Assembly: GCA_943788985.1 (NCBI GenBank)
Contig: CALSSJ010000012.1
Coordinates: forward strand, 96,001 to 160,000
Reading direction: 5' to 3'
From: an uncultured Lentisphaerales bacterium
GTDB taxonomy: Bacteria; Verrucomicrobiota; Lentisphaeria; JABSQK01; UBA12247
Length of the DNA stretch: 64,000 nucleotides
The translations under genes and the position numbers were made by a program. A model generated the notes under the pieces. The model was given only the letters and a program-made list of their open reading frames with translations. It ran no database searches and was not told the DNA's origin. Below, piece by piece: positions 1 to 9,116 of this stretch. Positions within the stretch are counted from its first letter, which is position 1. Each line of letters starts with the position of its first letter.

Positions 1-371
1 CGCGAGCCGACAAAGGCGATCGATAACTTGTTGCACATCTCCAGCGCCTTACGATCTCCGCTCAGGTAGAGACACAGCGGTGGATCGTAGAGGTCAGTTA
101 GCATTGGCGGATAGTCATCGTCTGCCGCCGTGATGATTGTGACCCCAGACTGTTCAGCAGCCCGAATCTCGGCGACCGGATCGACCTGGCGCTGCCAGTT
201 GGCGATGGAGGCAGCGGCCGGGGCGCGCACTCCGGGGACGCGCTTGAGCTCGGCGAGTGACGAGATCAGAATGCGTTGCGGGTTGCCAAAGTGCTCCAAC
301 AAGTGCCGGACGGTGACAGGCCCAACCTTGGGCAGCATGTTAAGCGTGACGTAGGCTTCCTGTTCAGTCAC
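1..371 (-). CDS. dprA: DNA-processing protein DprA, N-terminal part (runs off the window edge)
   Basis: Manual translation from GTG at 371: MTEQEAYVTLNMLPKVGPVTVRHLLEHFGNP...DDDYPPMLTDLYDPPLCLYLSG...IAFVGSR, the typical DprA/Smf N-terminus with YP..L....DPP.L and IA.VGSR motifs. Not in the ORF track because it is edge-truncated. Confidence 0.9.
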   Translation of the reverse strand, partial: MTEQEAYVTLNMLPKVGPVTVRHLLEHFGNPQRILISSLAELKRVPGVRAPAAASIANWQRQVDPVAEIRAAEQSGVTIITAADDDYPPMLTDLYDPPLCLYLSGDRKALEMCNKLSIAFVGS

Positions 372-1475
372 AACGGTTCCGAATGGCTTCGAGGATGGGG
401 GCGCTGGGCACATCTGGTTGCATGTGAACCGTACCGATGCCGTCGGGGGACGATCAGGCGATTCTTGCCTTGCTCATACTTCTTATCCTGCTGCATAGCC
501 GCCAGAATTTGCTCCGGGGCACCGTCGCTGCGTTTGCAGCGAGTAGGGAGCCCGAGAGCTGCGAACAGCGCATCCTGGCGGGGTGCGGAGTTCGCGACGC
601 GCCTCTGTGGCGTCGACCAGAATAGCGAGGTCGGCCGCCATGGCCATGCCAATTGCGATCGCTTCGCCATGGGTGTAGAGGCGGTAGCCGGTGATTTTCT
701 CCAGCGCGTGGCCGAAGGTGTGGCCGTAGTTCAGGATCGCTCGCAGTCCATTGTCGAACTCATCTTCCAGCACCACATCCGCCTTCAACTCGCAGCAACG
801 CTGAATCACCGCCATACAGGTTTCGGCGTCGCGAGCGAGCAACTGTGGCACGATGGTCTCGAGCTTTGCGAACAGCGCAGCGTCCAAAATTACGCCGTAC
901 TTCACGACTTCGGCCAGGCCGCAGCGCAGCTGGCGATCGTCCAAGGTGCGCAGAGTCAGCGGGTCGATCATCACCAGCTTGGGCTGATGAAAGGCGCCGA
1001 TGAGATTCTTGCCCTCGGGCAAATCGACTGCGGTCTTGCCACCGATGCTGCTATCCACATGCGCGACCAGGGAGGTCGACATCTGGATGTAGTCGATGCC
1101 GCGCATGTAGCTGGCTGCCAGAAAGCCAGCAGTATCCGCCCGACGACGCCGCCGCCGAGCGCGATCACGACTGACTTACGGTCTAGTCCTGCCTCGACCG
1201 CGGCGCTATACAGGCCACAGAGGGTGGAGTGGGTCTTTGATTCTTCGCCAGCTGGAAAAATAGTCTGTGTGACGGAGTCGGCGCCAGCTGCTTGGAGCAT
1301 GCGGGTTGCGGACTCCGCATAGAGCGGTGCAACGGTACTATCGGAGACAATGAAGCACGCTCGTCCGCTGACATGGGGGCCGAGTGCAGGGCATGCGGAC
1401 TCCGCAAAAAAACGTGTCCTGAATGACGATATCGTACGCGCGATTGTAAATCGGGATGGGAATGGTTCGCATCAT
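364..1475 (-). CDS. aroB: 3-dehydroquinate synthase, split by several frameshifts
   Basis: Fragments in different frames: GEESK, ALGGGVVG, TSLVAHVDSSIGGKTAVD...KNLIGAFHQP, GLAEVVKYG, LNYGHTFGHALE, HGEAIAIGM, MQQDKK. Confidence 0.92.
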
Positions 1476-1574
1476 AGCCTACTGTACATGGGAGCGGTAA
1501 GGGCAAACCATAGCAGGTTGCGGGTTCACGCCAATCACTTGAGCATGGATACGGGAATGAACGGGAGTAAGGAG

Positions 1575-2445
1575 ATGGCGCAGCGTTTGCTGTTGACGGG
1601 GGCTTCGGGTTTTTTTGGGATCTGCGTGCCGCGCGGCATGGGCCGATGCGTACACGATCATTCCGCTTTGTTCGCGGCGTACGCTGAGTCGGCCGGGGCT
1701 GCTGCCGTGTGATATCACCGACTATGGTGAGGTGAAGGCGGTGCTGGCCGAGCACCGGCCAGACTGCGTGGTGCATCTGGCTGCGATTCGCGATGCTAAT
1801 CTGTGCCAGAAGCAGCCGCTTGCGGCGGCGCGGGGTGAACACACAGGCGACGGGGGATCTCGCCGGACTTTGCGCAGATCGCCATCTTCCGTTTGTATTT
1901 ACCTCGACGGATCTGGTCTTTGACGGTCGCGAGGCGCCGTATTCGGAGGCGGACAGTGTGAATCCGCTGAGTGCGTACGGCGAGCAGAAGGCGCTGGCGG
2001 AAGAGCTGGTGCGGGCACGGTGGCCAGCGGCTGTGATCGCCAGATTGCCGTTGCTGTTTGGGCCGGTAGGGGAGGGGACAGAGAATTACGCGGCCTCGTT
2101 CCTCGCGGCGTTGGGAGCGGGACAACCGCAGCGCCTTTTTGTGGACGAGTTTCGTACGCCACTATCTGGCACAGATGCCGCGGATGGGGTGGCGCATTGC
2201 GCTCGAAAGTGGCCACGCGGGACTACTGCATCTCGGTGGGGGCTGAGCGGGTGTCGCGCTATGAATTTGGCCAGGCAATCTGCCGGGCGGCAGGAGTTGC
2301 GGACTCCGCATTGGAGCCGATCCACCAGGTCGATTTGACGATGGCTGCACCTCGGCCGCAGGATGTCTCGCTGTCGAGTGAGTTGGCAGGAGCGCTTGGT
2401 TTCGAGCCTCGGGCGCTGGCCGCGGCTCTGCAGGACCTGGCATGA
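1575..2445 (+). CDS. dTDP-4-dehydrorhamnose reductase (RmlD/RfbD)-like SDR oxidoreductase, frameshifted
   Basis: LLLTGASGF(F)G, VVHLAA, STDLVFDG...PYSE...PLSAYGEQK, LFVDEFRTP and APRPQDVSL spread over several frames. Confidence 0.85.
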
Positions 2446-2736
2446 TGAGCTACGGCTTGGTGGTAGGCGTGACTTGCGTCTGCCTGTTCGTAGTGGCTCG
2501 CGCTGGCTTGGCGACCGGGACTCGCGTGGCGCTTGGCATGCTGCCTTTTGCGGCGGCTATGGGCCTGGCAATTATGTTGCTGTTCGGAGAGAGCGAGGTG
2601 CGCGCCCCCGGGGAGCGGCGTGACTGCGGTTGAGAAGACCGCAGATCTTCACCACACCGCCACTGGCGTGGTCTTGCTGGGGACTGTCTGTACCTTTCTC
2701 TGCCTGGGACTCGGCTATCGCCAAGATGGCAGCTAG
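2442..2736 (+). CDS. small membrane protein, probably frameshifted
   Basis: ATG overlaps the stop of the upstream gene. Hydrophobic helices in ORFs 2442..2633 and 2533..2736. Confidence 0.45.
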
Positions 2737-2899
2737 CAGTCTGTCGGACTTACGGGGATCTTGGCGAAAATTGGAGCGAATCGATCAGAATTGCGCAATT
2801 GTCGGGCGAGTATTGAATATACTTAACAAAAATTGCGCAAGAAATGATCGAAATCGCTCAGGTTTGCAGCCGATCATCCTAAGTCCGACAGGCAGCTAG
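2733..2899. mobile_element. MITE-like non-autonomous element with inverted ends, flanked by CTAG
   Basis: CTGTCGGACTTA (2741-2752) and TAAGTCCGACAG (2880-2891) form a perfect inverted repeat. CTAG at 2733-2736 and 2896-2899. Imperfect inverted symmetry throughout the interior (AATTGCGCAA at 2789 and 2831). Confidence 0.75.
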
Positions 2900-3630
2900 G
2901 CTAGGGCGTGGGCGAGGCCATGAATTCCGGTGTCGAGCGAGAAGAAGTTCTCGTGGCCCTGTTCGCGCAGCCAGAGCGTGAGATTGCGGCTGCGAATGCC
3001 TTTGGCACAGGCGAGCAGGAAGGGCCGATCAGCGGGGAGCTGCAGGTAGATGTCGGGCTCGGACATGGGCAGGTTGGGGACTGCATGCACCCAGGCTGGA
3101 TCGCCGAGCCGCTCCATGGGCTCACGAATGTCGATCAGGGTGTAGGCGGCTAGCTGAGTGAGACCGAGATGGGCAGCATGCACCTGCCATGCATCGTGGG
3201 CGTACTGCTGATGACCACAGGCGCAGTTGACCCACTCAGCAGGGCCGTCGGCATAGAACTCTTTCTTCCAGATGGGAACATGCGCTTTGACCTCGTCGAT
3301 CACCCAGCGGCAGGCTGCAAAGGCTTCCTGGCGATGCGCGGCCAGGGCGCCAATCCAGATGGCAGCATCGCCAATGGCAAGCTCGCCGATGCGATGGATG
3401 GTGCGAACTCCGCAAAGCGAAAAGCGTTTGCTGGCTTCGGCCAGAATTCGGTCGCCTTCTGATTCGGCGAGTTTGTCGTATGCTTCGTAGGTGAGGGACA
3501 GCACCTCGCGGCCAAGGTGATTGTCGCGCACGCGCCCTTCGAAGGTGCTCAGGCCGCCAGCTGCGGAGTTCGCAAGGGCAGCGGATAACTCGCCGCATGG
3601 GATTGGCTCTCGAGTCAAGGAAAAGGGCAT
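2896..3630 (-). CDS. moaE: molybdopterin synthase catalytic subunit MoaE fused to a C-terminal rhodanese domain
   Basis: FEGRVRD, LTYEAY, HRIGEL, AAHRQEAF, KAHVPIWKKEFY (MoaE); then LIDIREPME...LLACAKGIRS...LDTGI (rhodanese). Confidence 0.9.
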   Translation of the reverse strand: MPFSLTREPIPCGELSAALANSAAGGLSTFEGRVRDNHLGREVLSLTYEAYDKLAESEGDRILAEASKRFSLCGVRTIHRIGELAIGDAAIWIGALAAHRQEAFAACRWVIDEVKAHVPIWKKEFYADGPAEWVNCACGHQQYAHDAWQVHAAHLGLTQLAAYTLIDIREPMERLGDPAWVHAVPNLPMSEPDIYLQLPADRPFLLACAKGIRSRNLTLWLREQGHENFFSLDTGIHGLAHALA

Positions 3631-3631
3631 G

Positions 3632-3871
3632 TCAGCCTCCGGCCAATGGCGGGATCAGGGCGAGGGTGCAAGCTGCGGGTAGTGCGGAGTCTGCAGGCTG
3701 GTACTGGCCATTTACGGCAAAGCGCACACGATCCAACGGCAGTGAGAAGCCGTAGCGATGGCTGACTTCTTGATAGGCGGCGGCGGGCGTGGCGGCGCTG
3801 AGTTCGAGAGTTTCTTGATCTTTGCCAGTCTGCTCACGAAACAGGGCGAAGTAACGGATGGTGACGGTCAC
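3632..3871 (-). CDS. moaD: MoaD/ThiS-family sulfur carrier protein
   Basis: GTG start overlapping the MOSC stop; IRYFALFREQTG...FAVN...LALIPPLAGG with C-terminal GG. Confidence 0.9.
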   Translation of the reverse strand: MTVTIRYFALFREQTGKDQETLELSAATPAAAYQEVSHRYGFSLPLDRVRFAVNGQYQPADSALPAACTLALIPPLAGG

Positions 3872-4347
3872 TGGGCGCTGACGGCCAAGACACCGTTGCT
3901 TAAGATCCGGGCGCGCAGTCCGCCACGAGCTCTCAGTGCGTCCTCGGTACCTTCGGCGAAGACTTGATTCATCCAGTAGCAGGGGCTGCATTCTTCCATG
4001 CCGAAGAAGGTGATGCCTTGCAGGACAAACTCCTTGCCGATCAGATCACTGAGGTCAACCCCGTCGAGGATGACGTTGCGCCGAAAGACGGCGGGCTCTT
4101 TGTCGGTGACGTGGAAGGTCTCACACAGTTCTTGGTAGACCCGCAGATCGAAGAAGGTGATCTGGCCTTTGAACTCGTCCTTGAACCCAAAAAAGCGGTC
4201 GCCCACGAGGCCTTTACCGGCGACGCATTCGACCTCCTGTACTTCGTTTTCGTGGTGGCTCAGTGCGGTGAGACCGTGCCGGCCCTTAAAGTTGTGACCG
4301 GGGGAGACGTAAATGTGACGAATGCAAGAATCAGGCAAGTCTGCCAT
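3868..4347 (-). CDS. MOSC domain protein
   Basis: GLVGDRF, QITF, FRRNVIL.GVDL..LIG, C.PC.WM, GGLRARIL motifs. Confidence 0.88.
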   Translation of the reverse strand: MADLPDSCIRHIYVSPGHNFKGRHGLTALSHHENEVQEVECVAGKGLVGDRFFGFKDEFKGQITFFDLRVYQELCETFHVTDKEPAVFRRNVILDGVDLSDLIGKEFVLQGITFFGMEECSPCYWMNQVFAEGTEDALRARGGLRARILSNGVLAVSAQ

Positions 4348-4358
4348 GGGGGCTCTCC

Positions 4359-4568
4359 TTAGCGTTCGTCGAACAGTTCTTCGTCCAACTCCATGCCTGG
4401 GGCTGCCATAGTCGCCATTTCGACCATAGAGAGCACGGGCGTGCTGAGGTTTGCGATGATCTCGGAGCGTACACAGCGTTCCTGGGGATCTTTGGTCTTC
4501 TCTAGGGTGCGGAGCTCTTCGAGTAGCTCTTTTGCGAGGCGATCCATGATCTCGTCCATCTGGTCCAT
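4359..4568 (-). CDS. small acidic helical hypothetical protein
   Basis: GGAGA RBS upstream of ATG 4568 (MDQMDEIMDRLAKELLEE...); lies in an operon-like run. Confidence 0.6.
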   Translation of the reverse strand: MDQMDEIMDRLAKELLEELRTLEKTKDPQERCVRSEIIANLSTPVLSMVEMATMAAPGMELDEELFDER

Positions 4569-4623
4569 GCGGTCATTCTCCAAGGTCCTTTCGGTTTCTT
4601 CCGCGGGTACCATACATGACGCG

Positions 4624-5890
4624 TCAAAATTGGTCATAAGTTTGATCCTGAATGATTGCTGAAATGTGCCGCGCGTAGGCTTCCGGCTGCCAGGCTTGAC
4701 GGGCGAGGATGCGAAAGAGTGGCGTGCGCAGGACTGCCATGCGGCCGAATGAGTGGTCGATCGCGGAAATGCCGAACTGGATGTCGGCGTCGTTAATCTC
4801 GGTTTTGCGGAGTTCGCAAAGCGCGCGCCATCTGGCGGCACCGACAATGAGCGGCACTGTCAGGGCTACGGAGCGCAGGCCTTCGAAAAATTCCAGGCCG
4901 AAGTTTGCCGAACCGTAGAACTGCTGGGTTTGGAGCCTGACTTTTAGCAGGCGAACGATGCGTGCTGCGGACTCAGCAGGCGGCGCTGCTGCCGGCTCGC
5001 CGAGGAGCTGTAGATGACCAATGATTCCGTCGGGGTAGTCCTTGTCCAGTTCGCGCAGGTTTCCTTTGCCGAGGGTGAGCTTGCGCAGGGCGTTTGCATT
5101 GCGGATACGCGCCGGTAGACCGCCGCCAATGAGCGCTTCGTCACGCCGTAAGTAGGTGGTAAGTAGAGACATGTAACGCCATTTCTCGACGATGTTCTGC
5201 TTGCGCAGTCTGAGCTCAGGGACGTCGGTGAGGACGCGCGTGAAGAAGGTCTCGAGGACCTCGTCTCGGATTGGCTTATCGTTCAGAAAGATCGCGCCTA
5301 GACACTCGAGGCGCGAGGCGGCGAGGTTGAGCGCGATGGCTTTCTGGCGGAGCGGCACATCGGCGTCGAGGATGCCCGCGCTGAGTGCAGCCAAGACGAC
5401 ATGAACGGTGTCGGGCGTGAGGGTAGAGGCGTCTTCCTTGGAGGGCACGGGCAATTCAGGCATGCTGCGCAGGAGCTTTTCGGCGTCTTTGCGGGAGGCG
5501 CTGAGCAGCGGGCCGGTTTCTGCGACGACGGCCGGGCAGTCGGCGCGAGCGGAGAGGGCGTGCTGGCCGGATGCGAGCCGGGAAAACTGCAGGGGGTAGA
5601 GCCGACAGCCCAGCGGCTTGGCATCGGCCCCGTGCTTGGCGTGGATCCGGCAGTTGCCAGCGGCGGTGTCGAAGTAGGCGCAGGTGCCGTCCGGACGATG
5701 CGAGACAAAGGTCTTGGCCTTGGAACCGAAAGACGGGCTTCGCCGGTGGATGATCCCCGTCATCCCAGCGGAGAGCCCGCAGCTCGGTGGCCTCTTCCGC
5801 TGTGACTTCGACGTGCCAGTCCCTGCAGCACTTTCCACAGTCGGTGCAGTGGTAGTGCTGGTCGGCAGCAATGATTTTGGGGCTGGCCAT
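4624..5890 (-). CDS. YkgJ-family (CxxCxxCC) cysteine-cluster protein, frameshifted near the N-terminus
   Basis: CTDCGKCC in ORF 5456..5890, continued by C.YFD....CRIH..HG...KPLGCRLYP and DCP in ORF 4624..5871. Confidence 0.8.
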
Positions 5891-5896
5891 AGAGAG

Positions 5897-7894
5897 TTAG
5901 CCGTGGCAAAGCCAGTGGTGTTCTGCTGGCGTGAGGGGAACGGTGAGGTTGCCGAGCGAGGAGCGAAGCTCTGAAAGGGTGCGAGGGCCGAAGAGGGAGA
6001 ACGCGGGGAATGGCTGATCGAGCACCCAGGCTCCGGCGATGTTAATCGCGAGGCAGCCTTTGGCTTGGGCCAGCTCTGTGGCGCGTTCGAGCCGGGCGAA
6101 GTTGTCGTCGCTGTACCAGCAACGCGCTAGCTGGCGGTCGTCCAGCTTGTCTGGGGCGGAGCGACCGGGGGCGAAGAAGCCACGGGCCTGACTGGACCAG
6201 GCAAAAAGGGCGATCTGCTGTTCGGCGAGCCAGTCGCGGTCTTGCTGGGCGTGGACGTGGACACACCCGCCCCAGACCGGATCGACCATGCGGGCCAGGC
6301 TGAGGTTGTTGCTGATCGCGCCAAAGCCGCGCTTGCCATTGGCCGCCGCGTAGGCGTTGGCCTCGGCGACGCGTTGGAGTGACCAATTTGAACCGCCGAA
6401 GATGCCACGAATCAGGTCCTGATCATAGAGCGCATTGAGGGCGTCCACAAACTCGCCCACGGGGATGTCGAGGTTATCACGGTGCATGAAGTAGACGTCG
6501 GCGTAATCCAGTTGCAGGCGGTCCAGCGAGATGGCGAGTTCCTCGCCGATCTTGTGGGGAAGGCAATTGGGCGTGTGGGCTCCCTTGGAGATGATGACGA
6601 GTTCATCGCGGATAGCGCGCGTCTTGATCCACTCGCCGAGGAGTTTCTCTTGGTTTCCGCCGCCGTAAACAAAGGCGGTGTCGAAGGCGTTTCCGCCGGA
6701 TTCGAAGAAGAGGTCGTTCAGGACGAAGGTGTGCGGAATGGTCTGCTGGTTGTCGTAGCCAAGGACCAATTTGGAGACTGGCTTGGCGAGGCCGGGGATG
6801 CTCTGGCACGGAATGCGCTTTGCCCTGCACGCCAGTGGTCTGGCGGCGACGGTGAGCGGGCGGCCCTCTGGCTTGTCGGCAGCGTAAGTCAGGCCGATCT
6901 CTCGACGCCAGGCATCGAGGGTCTGTGCATTCCCTAGGGAGTCGGCCCAGCTCATGGCAGGGGAGGGGGCCTGGCGATCGGCGATGTGAGTGCCAACCAT
7001 GTCGGCCTCAAGCGCGTATAGATAGTCAGGCGTATCGACTTCCAGAGTTTCGCTCTGACCGCCTGCTGCAACTTCCAGGGTGCCGACGCCGCCTTCTTTG
7101 CCCGCGCCGAACCAGGGGGAGCAAATCTTGATCCGCCCTTCGCTGCCATAGATGACAACTTCGTTCTCCAGTCCTAGACGGACGCTGGTGGTGACTTGGG
7201 CGACGATACCGCCGGGGAATTGCAGCAGCGCGGCTGCGTACTCATCGACGTCGGTTTCGCCCACATGGCCGACGGCCTTGACGGAGATGGGATCAGCAAA
7301 GCCCTGGCCCGTGGCAGCGCCAGCGATTAGACGCGCCATTGAGACGGGATAGCAGCCGACGTCAAGAATGCCACCGCCGCCCAGTTCGTTATCTAGCAGG
7401 CGACTTTTGGGGGTCCAGCCGACGCGGAACCCAAACTCGGCACGGATCAAAGTTACGTCGCCAATGCGCCCGTCTTTGATGAGCTCGATGACGGTGGCAA
7501 TCTGGGGCTGGCAGCGATACATGAAGGCTTCCATCAGAAATACGTCATGAGTGGCAGCTGCGTCGATGACGGCCATGACATCGGCCTCGGTCATCGCCAG
7601 CGGCTTCTCGCAGAGGATGTGCTTTCCGGCTTCGGCTGCTTTGATGGCCCATTGGGCGTGCAAGGGATGGGGCGTGGCGATGTAGACAGCGTCCACCTCT
7701 GGGTCGGTCAGGAGGGCCTCGTAGCTGCCATGCGCAGTGGGAATGTCAAAGCTCTCGCAGAAGGCCAGCGCCTTTTCCAGGTTGCGGCTAGCGGCGGCTT
7801 GGAGCACGCCGGTCTTGGAATGTTGCACGCCAGTGGCGAATGTGCGGGCTATATTTCCGGTAGCCAGAAGGCCCCAACGTATGCGGGTGGTCAT
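5897..7894 (-). CDS. Gfo/Idh/MocA oxidoreductase fused to an aldo/keto reductase
   Basis: N-half: WGLLATGNIA, AGKHILCEKPL, GGGILDVGCYP. C-half: FDTAFVYG, ISKG, SLDRLQLDYADVYFMHRD, GGSNW. Confidence 0.9.
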   Translation of the reverse strand: MTTRIRWGLLATGNIARTFATGVQHSKTGVLQAAASRNLEKALAFCESFDIPTAHGSYEALLTDPEVDAVYIATPHPLHAQWAIKAAEAGKHILCEKPLAMTEADVMAVIDAAATHDVFLMEAFMYRCQPQIATVIELIKDGRIGDVTLIRAEFGFRVGWTPKSRLLDNELGGGGILDVGCYPVSMARLIAGAATGQGFADPISVKAVGHVGETDVDEYAAALLQFPGGIVAQVTTSVRLGLENEVVIYGSEGRIKICSPWFGAGKEGGVGTLEVAAGGQSETLEVDTPDYLYALEADMVGTHIADRQAPSPAMSWADSLGNAQTLDAWRREIGLTYAADKPEGRPLTVAARPLACRAKRIPCQSIPGLAKPVSKLVLGYDNQQTIPHTFVLNDLFFESGGNAFDTAFVYGGGNQEKLLGEWIKTRAIRDELVIISKGAHTPNCLPHKIGEELAISLDRLQLDYADVYFMHRDNLDIPVGEFVDALNALYDQDLIRGIFGGSNWSLQRVAEANAYAAANGKRGFGAISNNLSLARMVDPVWGGCVHVHAQQDRDWLAEQQIALFAWSSQARGFFAPGRSAPDKLDDRQLARCWYSDDNFARLERATELAQAKGCLAINIAGAWVLDQPFPAFSLFGPRTLSELRSSLGNLTVPLTPAEHHWLCHG

Positions 7895-8004
7895 CAGGAT
7901 TGGTCCGATTGCGGTGTATGAACGTTGCTTCGGGACTGTGTTGCTGCGCTCTCAAAGCGCAAGCGCTGCGGAGCCTGTCCCACCAAAGCGTCAGGTTGCG
8001 GACG

Positions 8005-8032
8005 TTGACGGCAATCGTTCGGAGCCTATAGT
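8005..8032 (+). promoter_or_regulatory. sigma70-like promoter of the lacI-type gene, probably leaderless
   Basis: TTGACG (8005-8010), 16 nt spacer, TATAGT (8027-8032); ATG at 8039. Confidence 0.6.
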
Positions 8033-8038
8033 GTTACT

Positions 8039-9094
8039 ATGAACATGCGCACTACCACCGCCTCGTCCGCCGCATCGGTAAGCTTGGCCGATATCGCCGA
8101 AAAGGTGGGGGTTTCTCGGCATACTGTGGGGCGGGTTTTGGGCGATAAGCCGCACTTGCATGCAGATGGCACTGTAGAACGGATTCGCCGGATTGCCGAT
8201 GAGATGGGGTATCGGCCCAATTTGCTGGCCCGCAGTGTGCGTTCAGGGCGAACGATGACAGCGGGGATCATGCTGGATCTGCAACACGACAGTTACAGCT
8301 GCGATCTCCTGCAGGGGATGCACGACGGACTACTCAGCAGTGGCTATACGCCGCTGACCCTAGTGGGCGCGCGCGACAGCACTGAAGTAGAGCAGGTGTA
8401 TCGGTTAATGGATCGTCGCGTGGACGGACTACTCGTACGCCCCTTCTCTGTGAAGATGTCCGAGGATTACGTGCATGAAGCCTGTGAGCGCTCGATTCCG
8501 ACTGTGATTGTGAATTCCCCGTTGGATAGCATTGGGGATTTGGATTTCTGCGGGACCGATGACGTCGGTGGCGGGCGTAAGGCAGCGAGGCATCTGCTTG
8601 ATCTTGGCCATCGCCGTATCCTGCACCTGACCTATCTGCACCAGTGTACCGATGTGTTGTCCCGAGAGGAAGGGTTTCGCCTCGAGCTTGAGGCTGTCGC
8701 CGGGACCAGTTGCCTGACGGTGCACGGCTGCGTGAGCAAGCCGACCGAGACTGAGAATGCATTGCGAGAGCTGCTGACAGGGCCAGATCGTTACACCGCT
8801 GTTTTTGTGGCGGGAGATGGACTGGCAGAGGTGGTCTATCTAGCTGCGCATCGCATTGGAATTCGAATTCCGGAAGAGTTGTCCGTAATCGGATTCTGCG
8901 ATCTTGCTCAAGCTAGATACATGATTCCACCGCTTACGACAATGCGGCAAGATGGGTATGGCATCGGCAAGCGCGCAGCGATGATGTTGTTCGACCGCAT
9001 GAGTGGCGGGGCCAAGGACGGTGAGGCCGTGAGCGTGCGGCTCCGCACTGAGATGATCGTCCGTGAGAGCACCGCGCCGCCCTCTGGTTCCTGA
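8039..9094 (+). CDS. LacI-family transcriptional regulator
   Basis: SLADIAEKVGVSRHTVGRVL HTH, MGYRPN..ARS, HLLDLGHRRI, IPEELSVIGF, PPLTTMRQ, IVRESTA. Confidence 0.95.
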   Translation: MNMRTTTASSAASVSLADIAEKVGVSRHTVGRVLGDKPHLHADGTVERIRRIADEMGYRPNLLARSVRSGRTMTAGIMLDLQHDSYSCDLLQGMHDGLLSSGYTPLTLVGARDSTEVEQVYRLMDRRVDGLLVRPFSVKMSEDYVHEACERSIPTVIVNSPLDSIGDLDFCGTDDVGGGRKAARHLLDLGHRRILHLTYLHQCTDVLSREEGFRLELEAVAGTSCLTVHGCVSKPTETENALRELLTGPDRYTAVFVAGDGLAEVVYLAAHRIGIRIPEELSVIGFCDLAQARYMIPPLTTMRQDGYGIGKRAAMMLFDRMSGGAKDGEAVSVRLRTEMIVRESTAPPSGS

Positions 9095-9116
9095 GGAGCG
9101 GGTTCCATTAGTTGTG

